DNA of 62,965 nucleotides, filler included, from Reticulomyxa filosa (Eukaryota; Protista; Foraminifera): NCBI GenBank assembly GCA_000512085.1. It is 24 parts of 24 records of this genome, joined end to end, with 100 filler letters (N's around TTAATTAATTAA, not from the genome) between each part and the next. Parts side by side here need not be neighbours in the genome. Positions count along the whole stretch, not along the records: positions 36,038 to 37,064 come from ASPP01025799.1; positions 37,165 to 41,491 come from ASPP01026131.1; positions 41,592 to 43,229 come from ASPP01026456.1; positions 43,330 to 45,030 come from ASPP01013664.1; positions 45,131 to 47,018 come from ASPP01021418.1; positions 47,119 to 51,462 come from ASPP01027602.1; 18 more parts are not named here. One strand, 5' to 3'. The notes beneath the pieces were generated by a model. The model was not told the DNA's origin, did not search any database, and saw nothing but the letters and a program-made list of their open reading frames with translations. This document shows positions 36,721 to 47,782 of this stretch, in pieces. Position 1 is the first letter of the stretch; every line of letters begins with the position of its first letter. The position numbers and the translations under genes were made by a program.

Positions 36721-39224
36721 CAAACAAACTACATGGATATACAAGAGCATAAAATTTGATGTATTTACTTTTATATGATGGAACATATAACTTCGTCAAA
36801 ATTTTCATCGTGCAAGTTTAATGGATATTTTATTAATCAAATATGTTTGCCAATTATCACATGAGCTTTTGTCGCTACTTTTCATCAAATATTATGATAC
36901 AAAATGAACACAAAGCACACAAACCGACAAACTTGTATTATTATGAATCGCTTACCTTTTAAAGCAAAGTAATAATAAATTGTAAAGAAATTTCAAAAAA
37001 GAAAAAATATAATGATAAGGGAACACTAAAAGTACCAAATAATGAAAATTGCAATAAAAACACANNNNNNNNNNNNNNNNNNNNNNNNNNNNNNNNNNNN
37101 NNNNNNNNTTAATTAATTAANNNNNNNNNNNNNNNNNNNNNNNNNNNNNNNNNNNNNNNNNNNNTGGCTTTGCTGTCAATAAGGTAAAAAATAATTTATA
37201 AACATGTTGTTTTCTGTGTTTCAGACCATTCATTAAATATTTGAAAGCGGTATCTAAATGAATTTCATCCAAATCTTTGTACAGCCTACCTCTACCTTGC
37301 CGTTACTATCGATTAATTTTTCCATTAAATGTTCGAATACAGCACTCAATTGTCCTTGGCTCAATATCATTAAAATTTTTTTAAAAAATTTTACATAGTG
37401 CAAACAAACAATTTTTCGTTTACCTCTCGTTCATGTTATGCATATTTTTTTCATTAATATGACACACTCTTGACGGACATATTCGTTTCGGTTATAGAAT
37501 CCCATGCAATAATACTATCCATTTGTGTTTCACTCACTCTCAATACCATAGTTTCAAAACTGTTTTTATATCTTCTACTAGTACATTCATCTTGGTGTTA
37601 AAAACCTTGTTGATAACATTGCACAGCAATTTCTAATAGTTGAGGTGATATTCAATTGTTCTTGATATGCTAAATTGTGTTTGAAATTTTTTTAGTGGAT
37701 CATAAACTAATTGATATCCGGATGAATAAGGATGTGTTGTAAGTTGGGATAATGCAATTCTATCATCTGATCAAATAGTAGTCTTGGTGAAACGCAGTCA
37801 ACACCTTTCGGGGATGTATTGAGTTGATCCTTTTCATTCATGTTATCTCTTTGAGTTTTTTGAAGAGTTCGTATCTCTTGCAAGGTTCATTGTTAGCTGC
37901 TTTACTTCTTAACATAATTCATATGTCACGAATGCTCTTGTACATTCCTGCTCTTTGTTTTTCTTTTTCCATATACGCCAGATGTTGACGTTGACAATAA
38001 AGTGGGATACACTGAAGCAGCTAGATTGAACATAATAAAATAATCAAATTATTTGTTGTGTCCATTTTGTCCATATTGTGACTATCTTCTGCATAATATT
38101 ATTTCCAATTATATAAACGATTTCTTTCGGACCGTCGACCATTGATGGGACACACGCATTGCCACTGTCTTCAGATTCTATAACAATCAACCACAACATC
38201 AACATGTTATATATTTTTTAAACAAACACAAAGAAAAAAAATACCTATCAAATGTCGCAATCCCGCTCGGGATCATCAATTTCTCAAATCAAAATAAAAA
38301 ATAAAAAATTAAAATTTCAAATACAACTTTTTTTCATTTATATTCTTTTTTTCTTTTTCTTTCTTTATTATTTTCTTTTTCATTTTTTCCTTATAAAAAA
38401 TATCACCTTTTTTTTTCTATTACTTTTTTCTTTTCTTTTTCAATATTTTTTTTTCCTTTTTCTTTTTTCTTTTTTATTATCCTTTTTTTTTATTCTTCAA
38501 TTTTTTTTTTCTTATTAGTACCTTTTTTTTTTTTTTTCTTCCCCTTCTTTTATTATTCCATTTTCCCCCCTTATTCTCATTTTTTTTCCAACTCCCCCTT
38601 TCAAGATAATACATACACTACGATGTCTTTGTCACGTCCAACCTATTTGCGTAAAAAAACAAAGTTACATTTATAATTTTTTAAACAATCAAAAAAAAAT
38701 ATTTATAACTATTATTTGGAACCTTGTTTGCGTTTCTATTTTTTTTTTCCTGTGAAGACACTTACACACTTTTTTTTTGTTTTAGGGAGGGGAACATATA
38801 AATATATACATAATGTTTTTTCTTTGATGGGGAACCTATTGAATCACAAACACAGCAACATTATATATCAAAAGAATATATTTACATATATATAAATATA
38901 AAAATAACAAACCATTTTTCCTCGTTGAGGACACAGGGTAAGGTTCAACCACTTATTTTTTTTTCTTTTGTGTGAAGGGAGGGAACAGGTATTTAACGAT
39001 GTTTGCGGACGGAGGAACCTATGTTAACAACACAAAACACAAACATTAAACATATTTTTTTTTAAAAAAAAGACAAATAAAACAAACCATTATTTCTCCT
39101 TTCGGAGACGGGGGTGGTTTCTACCCCGTATTTTCTTTTTTTTTCTCATCACAGTAGGTGTTCTATTGATACAATCACACATACATAGTTATATTTTGAA
39201 CATAAACAAAAAGAAAAGATTTTA

Positions 39225-40846
39225 CCTTCTATGGTGCCCAGTTTTGCAATGCACCGCTCGCATTTTGCAATCACAACGATAAGTTGTATATTCTTCAAAT
39301 TCATGCAATCATTTGTGCCATTTTGTTTACGTCACAAGTTCCACACGTATACTATAAGCAAGTCACAACCAAAAGATAATGTCAATAACGTAGAAACAAA
39401 AAAAAAAAAAAAGATAACTTAACAACATAATATGGCCGATATGTAGATTTGATGATATTTGAGTTGTTTGTATATTTGTGATAATCCATTCAAAGTATTG
39501 TTGTATGTGAATGATCTGTGATGTGCATGAACTGATAAATTGTGGAGGCAAGCGAGCATGTTGGTGTATATCGTTATGTGGATGTTGATTGCATAAGTGC
39601 CATTTGATACCACTTATTGTAGAAAGCGGCGCTTCTGCGCACAAATAGAAAATAGACATTACGGCCGATTTGCAACAAAATTGCTCGTCGGTTACGTTAT
39701 GTCCATATCTAATTTGCGCCGTCAGCGCTTCTATCACCATAAGGGCATATAATGAACAATTGGACAATAGCGATTGACTTTCCATCACAACTTGTGCCAA
39801 CAATTTCAGCTTGTCGAACAATGTGTCGAAATCTCCATCGCTGTATGTCCATATTTCACTTAGCAATGTCACCACAAAATTGCATGTATCTTGACGATCT
39901 GAGTTATCATATGATATGTTACAATTTTTTGTTTGTTTTTAAAAAAAAAAAATAGAAGAAAAAAAAACAATTAACATTGCAGCTTGACCAACACTTGCGA
40001 AATATCAGGCGAAGTTGATGATAAGCATTTGTACGACGATACCTTGTGATGATAAATTTGCGGCGACAGTAGATAGTGTTTACATTTTATCTCTGAGTCT
40101 GCGCCAATGTGGTACCAGTGACAATTGACTGCGAACAATGCTTCGAATATCATACTCGTTCTTGTTGACGCCGTTTGTATCTCATTTGATGGTGGTGTCA
40201 TCACTTCTACTTCGCCATTCGCAAACGTACTTATTTTTTTTTTAATTTTTTTTAATCAAATACATCATATGTGCAATCCCTTCTCTCCTTACTCTATCTT
40301 GCTATAAGTAAATCTACACTTTTTTTTCATAGATATATTTTTTTTTCCATTTGATCTTTATATCACCGTTATTTACCTGTATGACAGTGGTTTTGATGTC
40401 AATTTGTAAAAAGTCATTGATGTAGTCGAAATTGATGTGAAAGTACTCACAGTCGGCGTTTTGTCATATGTCTTCTTAAATTTCTTTGGATGTATCGACA
40501 GCTTGTTCTGTGGAATACGTATAATTTCGTTTTTGAATTGCATTGGCTTCTTATTGAACATTTGCACCATCGATACAGCTGTCAAGCTGTTGACTTGTTG
40601 ATATTGCGCACACTTCCATGTTACCAATTCCACATGTAGTTGATTAACGTATTCCGTGACATTTTCAATATATTTATATTGTAGTGATGATCCGAATCTA
40701 TTTGTCTGTTCTTCAAGTCCCAGGCTGAACTGCATGTATTCATTATTTGCGCTTGACACCACCATGAGCGCATTTAATACATTTATTGTCACAAATACCA
40801 ACAACAATTCCATGCTGCTGAGAATAGCCAAGAGTTTTCCGTTCAT
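39225..40846 (-). CDS. Signal-peptide-bearing hypothetical protein, multi-exon, 3' part apparently decayed
   Basis: Hydrophobic N-terminus in ORF 40373-40846, then same-strand ORFs 39971-40204 and 39363-39875 separated by intron-like tracts. Confidence 0.45.
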
Positions 40847-41591
40847 ATTTTCTCCTCCGTTTGCCCTTCCACTCCTATTGGGCCAATAAAGCCACTTTAA
40901 GATATATTAAAAAATTTGTGGCAAACAATTTGTAGAAATACGGAGTTTATTGGGAGCATGTAATTTGTTGTACTTTATGTACATTCACTATAGTTCAAGA
41001 CAGACAAAAAAGTTGGCGTTTTTCTCATTTTAAAATTTTTTTCAAATTAATTGCAGCCTGCTCACATAAAAAGGCTGAACGGATAAAAAATCTCCAATGA
41101 AAAAAAGTTAAATGAAAAAAGCAGAATCAGTGAATGCTTTCTAACAAGCACAAGTGTGTTCGTAGCCTCTGGGCATGCAAAAATACCAATCTTTCGTACG
41201 ATCAAGTTATAATGCATCGCGGGGATTGCCTCATTGCCTGTCATGTAAAGCAATGACAAGATATTGACAAAAATTTTTTTGCATTCGTTCAACTTTCAAT
41301 ATCATTAATGCCAAAAGTACCTATGGTACATAACATACAATTTCTTGACTTATTTTTATTTGGAAATTTAAAGAAATCGCAATACCTTCGTTCATCAATG
41401 TACTTTTATTATTCATTTGAATATTTTTCTTTCAATCCACCAATTGTTGCACGTTTCCACATATCTTCGAATATTTTTGGCAATGCATTTCNNNNNNNNN
41501 NNNNNNNNNNNNNNNNNNNNNNNNNNNNNNNNNNNTTAATTAATTAANNNNNNNNNNNNNNNNNNNNNNNNNNNNNNNNNNNNNNNNNNNN

Positions 41592-41944
41592 AACGTTGAA
41601 AATTCAAGAAGGTGAGATGATAACTCGAATTTATTGTGGACAACGTGGCTTTGCACGACAAGAAATACAAGGCCGCATTGACGATTTGCAAAAACTAAGA
41701 AATTTGCATAAGAGGCTATCGAAAATCCGACTAGCAACGGTGCACCCGCGGTCAATACTGCACCAACCACTGATGCAACGAACAATACAGTACTGCCACC
41801 CCTATGCAACGAACGACACATTGCTCCTACTCCCGGATGACACAGATGATGAAGCAAAGAACAATCGAAGGTAGAAGCGAAGACGAAAGTGACCAAGACT
41901 ACGACGACTGTCAAAATTGAAGAAGTGATGAAAACACCATTCTA
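41592..41944 (+). pseudogene. C-terminal coding fragment with several frameshifts
   Basis: Coding-like segments alternate between frames and end KVTKTTTTVKIEEVMKTPF*. Confidence 0.3.
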
Positions 41945-43339
41945 AGTTTTGTGTGGGATTTTTAGCACTCGAATGTTATTTTTTTGATTAGTTGATTTTA
42001 TCATATTATTTATGATGTGATTGTTTGTTTGTCTTGTGGTAATGGAATATGTTCAAAAAAAGGTATACAAACAAAACTATACGGAATGACGAAATGCATT
42101 TAGAGATATAATCCGACAATTGTTAGTAGTATAACTTCATCCTGATAATAAACCAATACCAGAATGGTGGTTAGACCTAGACTTGCAGCAAAGGGCACAT
42201 GTACAGAGAATCGTGATTAGTGACAATTGGAAAGAAACGCGGAGTTATTTACCAGTGATTGAAAACGTCATTACTTGGTACAATTTGCATTAAATATCTG
42301 TCCAATTGGTGGTCTGTTTTTTGAAGTGCCATTCAGTTTGATTGGGACAAGTTGGTATTGAATGAAAACAAAGCTTATGTTAAAGTGGACAATCATTACT
42401 TAAATTAGTTCCTGAGCCAAATAATGTCATGTCCATTACGATCAATTAAGAGCTATCATATTTCAATGACACACAAGTGGAAATAGGCCAATAAAAAAAT
42501 AAAAAGAGCTGCTTCTGTAAAAATGGGAAAGGGACAACAAAAAGACAATAAATTTTCAGGTTTCAAACTCTGTAAATAATGTCTTTGGAGTGTATGTGCT
42601 CAAACTCCAAAAGCACACGCCCTGTAAAAGCACGAGTTTTCTTCATCAAAGGTGCGATTGTGTCTCAGAAATTTGCGTAGTTCTCCACATAATACCATTG
42701 TTGTGGTCATTGCAATTCTTGTCGCCATTGCTGTTATCATCATTATCATTATTATTATTATCATCATCAGCATCACCGAAAGCTACTCCAATGTCAGCAC
42801 TTGCGTCGGTGTCGGCGTCGACGTTGTGAAGAGAAGGAGTGTGGTCATTATTACAACTGCGGCCATCACCATTGAACCAATGATGTGGTTGAACAAAATG
42901 CAGAGATTGTTTTTTAGCTCGAATGCAATGCATTCTTGGTTACACGTTCGGTAGATACATCCATTGGCTTGGGCGGCGTTTGAACTAACAAACAGCAATT
43001 CAAATTGCTCCAAATGGTGACTTTGAATTTTTGCTTTTTTGAAATATGCGTACACTTTTTTTTTGAGTCTTTGCATTTGTTTTTTTTTCAATTTATTTTT
43101 AATCTGCCATTTGTCCCCATTGCCAGGATAAGACGATTTCGACTGAACACGTAAACAAAAGTGATGAAAAGCGTTTCTTCTCATTGCTTTTGTCTTTTGG
43201 CAGCGAGACTCGCTTCGATCTTTTTTTTTNNNNNNNNNNNNNNNNNNNNNNNNNNNNNNNNNNNNNNNNNNNNTTAATTAATTAANNNNNNNNNNNNNNN
43301 NNNNNNNNNNNNNNNNNNNNNNNNNNNNNTGTGTATATG

Positions 43340-44410
43340 TAATATAATGCTCTATAGTCAAAATCAGTACAAACAAAAAGACTCGGAACTTTTTTTGCGA
43401 TATCTACATCCGACTCCATTCTGTCTATACAAACAAACAAACAAACAAACAAACAAAATGTGGTGAGAAAGACAAAAAGGGAATACTGTATTGTCGAAAG
43501 GACCTTCCAAAGACAAAGACAATTTTTCAGGAGACGCAGTGGCTCTGTATTCGGTGCGTGCAACGGGGTCGCTGTCCGGAAGACCTTTGCTGTTTCGACC
43601 CAATGGCTTGGAGTCATTGTCCGTTCTGTTCATGCGACTTTCGATTCCTCCGAGTTTTCCTGCGTTGTTTTGGATATTGGACCCATTGCTATTATTGTTA
43701 CTGTTACCAGTAGTGATGGGAAGGCTATACGTCCGATGAAGAGAACCGGGAGATGTCGGTAGTTGAGCCATTTGAGATTGGGATTGGGATTGCGATTGCG
43801 ATTGCGATTGCAATGGTGGTGACGATGTGAAATCACGTCCAAATGATTTAGCTCGGCTAAACAAAGGTCTATTCTTTTCCACTCCTTCGACTTCGCTGCT
43901 GCTGCTTGCTTTCGATTTCAATTCACTTTCATTCATTCGCAAACGGGGAGATGTCGGTCTGCTTGACACTCCCGTCACACTGCTTGTCGATGCGCTCTCG
44001 TTCGATTGTCTCAACACGTCTTTCGTGTGCACCCATTCCAATCCCTCACTCGGCGCAATTTCGAAATGTTGACACAATGCGGAGTACATTGTCGGGGGGC
44101 AAGACTTTTTGTGCAAGCATTTCACATTTTTTGTTTTTTTTGTTTTGTTTTGTTTTGTTTGAGATTTTCCTTTTTGTTTCTAAGAAATCCCTTGCAAATG
44201 CATTTGCGTGTGTATGCTTATGTGTGTGTGTGTGTGTGTAGGGTCTATTCAATGTTGTAACTTTGTTCAGAGCCTTTCTTACAAACTCACAAAATTCTGA
44301 CTCTTTCAGTTTACCATCTTTGTCCAGGTCACATTCGTCAAATATACTTTTTAGTCTTTGTAGCTTTTTGTTTCGTCAGACCACAACACAGCAAACACAT
44401 CATCGAGGGG
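43340..44410 (-). CDS. EF-hand protein with Ser/Gln-rich disordered region (partial)
   Basis: Exon at about 44410-44245 reads KSIFDECDLDKDGKLKESEFCEFV, a canonical 12-residue EF loop (needs one extra A near 44358). The next exon is ORF 43364-44125 with an (SQ)n repeat. Confidence 0.6.
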
Positions 44411-44887
44411 GAAAAATATAGTAAAACACAAAAAAAGTAAAACTTACTTGGGTCATGATATCGCAGGAAGAACTTCTGGAATTTCCCACCACAATCTTTG
44501 TTGGGGCTAAAAAAATATTTTTTTTTTAGAAGTTGCACTGCAAACAAATTAAGAAATAGATTCTGATAGTGAATGTGAATTCCTTTGTAAATCAGCTTTA
44601 TAAAAATTTAACTCGTGGTTCTGTGGAATATTTGATTTTTTTATTTATTTCAGTGATCGCCAAATATGCCAATAACCTTCTTCACAATAAAATAGAAAGC
44701 AATCAACTGGATTGTAAATCCAAAAGAGGTGCTTGTAACGGGCAGTTTCGAGAAAGTAAAAAACTCAGCTGAAGAACTTTTTTTTGTGCTGAACACATGT
44801 CATTGATTTCCAAAAATAAACAAAATTTCCACTTGTGATAAGTGCCTCGTAAAAAAAAATTAAAGAAGCAAAAATTTGAATTTTAGA

Positions 44888-45030
44888 ATGAGTTTAGCCT
44901 TCGACAATGAATGGTCACTGAATGATTCGCAACACACTGACGACTCGTATGCCGAAACGTACCATTCCTCTTCGCCCTCGAATTCTGAAGTGAACGACAA
45001 TGGTTTTGAAAATCACTTGCGGAAGTAAGT
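44888..45030 (+). CDS. First exon of a hypothetical gene
   Basis: MSLAFDNEWSLNDSQHTDDSY..HLRK followed by a GTAAGT donor at the contig end. Confidence 0.4.
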
Positions 45031-47118
45031 NNNNNNNNNNNNNNNNNNNNNNNNNNNNNNNNNNNNNNNNNNNNTTAATTAATTAANNNNNNNNNNNNNN
45101 NNNNNNNNNNNNNNNNNNNNNNNNNNNNNNTATCACAAGGTTACATTACCGTATTGGTTCAATCTTTTTTTTTTGTAAAGTTGAATGACAATCAATTTTC
45201 AATACTTTTTTTGCTACTCTGAATGCCTTTTATTTGTTTTCGGAAAAAAATTTCATGACCTTTCAATAAAATTATTCACTTCCTGCTCACTCTTGAGAGG
45301 AAATCATCTCTCCTTTTTGATCACCTTTCTCATTGCTTAGGGCGGAAAGCTTGTCAACTATGAACTGCCCTTGTCCAAAACCAAACCTGGAACCAAAATT
45401 AATACCAAATTCGAAACTAAACACAACTCCAAACTTTATGCCAACTTGACCTATACTGGATAGTATCGAATGCAATTAAAACACTTACACCACATTTAGT
45501 GCACTTTATTCTATGCCATTGCTTGTAATGAAGTAGTTGTGAGAGAGTGGAAAATATGTGAGAACACCAAGAGATCCAAAAAAAATTTGTTTTCAATTGT
45601 GAAAGTGTTTTAAAAAAATTGTTGATTGACGATAATCTACGTTTGGTTTTGTTTTCATTTGTTCTCTACTTCATATTCTTTTTTTTTGCGTTGTGAAAGT
45701 TTTAGTCTCCTTTTACTTGTAGAATTTACCTGCAAATCTGTTCTGAATTTCAATATACAAATGTTTTTCTTTCGAAGGTTGCAAAGTCTTTTTTTGTCTA
45801 AAATCTAGTTATCAAAATTCTTGAACTGCTCAATTGCATGCTTACCCTGCTGCTTATACTGCTGACGTGTCCTGACATCCTGTCATCGTCAGTGCCCTGT
45901 TTTTCGTATGACGCGCTCTTGGTGCACAATGTGGTGCTTTTTCTTATGAACTTTTGGTGCACAAGTATGAAATCTTCAAAAACGGGAGGATTCAATGGAG
46001 ACACTCATCCCGACGGCATCTTGATCATGGCCAATGGACATCTTTGGACTATTGACTATATATTGTCAAAAAGATCGAGAAAATGAGGTTTCAATCCTCA
46101 AGCACATGGACCCTTACTTCATAAAAGTAATGACCACCATTGGAGTAGGTTGCTTAGATAATGATATTTGGAAAGGTGTGTCATTATCACGAGCCTGTCA
46201 AAAAACATTCTTTCTCTTGCGAGGCTTGTCTCAGATTGACTAGATCTACGTGCATTTTCACAAAGAATAACACCAAATGACAATTGTGCTGGAACGCGTG
46301 AGACGACACAAGCGTTTATATAAAAGATTGGAGTTGTACAGGTATCTTTTTTTGGAGGGGTTTTTCATCTTGTTTTACTTTGTCTACAGGTCAAAGTGCA
46401 ACCAATCAATTTTTTTTCAGATGATATATTTTTTCATCCAATAAAAAAAAAATGTAAAATGATTGCGATATACACAATACACAAACACATACATAGATAT
46501 AAATTTGATTATATTAAAGATGGAGGAAATGTTAAATGAGCATTTTTGTAGGCTTGACTGCTTCGAATATTTTGTCTTGTTTTTTATTTTTTTTGGAGAG
46601 ATAGTTATTTATCTTCTTAAGTGAAAAGAATTTTTTAATTAGAAAAGGACTAACTGTTTTCGTCTTGGGCTGTAATGAATGTACACAAAACAAATTCATT
46701 TTCCAATCAACTTAATATTTACATAAATCGCTTGCAATTCATTTAAAGTTTTACAAATACATTCGTTTGCCACAAAATTTTTCTTAATTTTACCTTAAAG
46801 TGGCTATGTGCTCATTGAATGTCCTTCCGTTCGGTGTTCCTAGTAGAACTGGAGGGGACAAACGGAGGAGAAAATCTTGAGTAAGTCTTTTGGCCAGTTA
46901 AGCGGCAGCATGAAAGCGTTGCTTGTGTTGGTGGTATTGCATGTATCAAATGCATTCGTTGTGACGTTAAACACAAATGAGAGTAATACAAGCAAGTGCA
47001 GCTGGACGAACACACAAANNNNNNNNNNNNNNNNNNNNNNNNNNNNNNNNNNNNNNNNNNNNTTAATTAATTAANNNNNNNNNNNNNNNNNNNNNNNNNN
47101 NNNNNNNNNNNNNNNNNN

Positions 47119-47524
47119 CCGCCAAAAATTGCCTCGCGGATCGCAAACTGCTAGAATTGCTTACCGTTATTTGATATTGTTTTGGACAGACTATTGTCAT
47201 TTTACTTATTTGCTTGCGCACACTCACGCTTTTTTGATATTCACACCAGACGTGATTTGCTATCGGACATTTGCCATTGTTTTCCTTTAGGTACTTTTGC
47301 AAGCACGATTCTCCTACTATGTACACTTCATCACTTTTCTCATGCTCTTTGCAACAAAGCTCTAATGCGTGGTTCGCGAGCTTGTGACATACGCAACATT
47401 GATAATCTTTATAACGATCTTGCGCTCCAGGTGATGTATCCACGAGCCAGTTCAAATCATAGCATTCATTTAAAATGGCATTTATATCATCTTTATTTGA
47501 ATTGCTATATTTACCTCCAAACAT
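47119..47524 (-). CDS. TRAF-like protein with degenerate RING and start of TRAF-type zinc finger (3' partial)
   Basis: YQCCVCHKLANHALELCCKEH..VGESCLQKYLKENNGKCPI..VRKQISKMTIVCP follows the TRAF N-terminal layout CxxC..C.H..CL..CP..I..L.VxCP. Confidence 0.75.
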
Positions 47525-47782
47525 TTTTTACTTTTGTCCCTTTTTTTTTTCCTTCTCCTGATATTGCGTCTTTTGAATACTTTTTTTACGTTTATGCCAG
47601 AGTTTAATGTTTTATTTTGTTTGGAAAAAGAGCAAGCGTTCATCACGTTGCTTAGAGCTTCCAAGCGTTCCAAAAAGGGGGTACTTAAAAGAGCAAAAAC
47701 TCTACTGTGAAGAGTTTGTTTCTACTGCTTTGTAATAGTTTTGGATTGATCCTTTGACAAGTTTGCTTTTTCACTTGAGAGA

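Noticed and set aside
38252-38518. Phe-rich ORF as a membrane protein
   Set aside because: Translation of a low-complexity T-rich tract.
45750-46340. SPRY-like motif (GGHYFYEVRV) on the minus strand
   Set aside because: One short motif among many stops; too weak to call.
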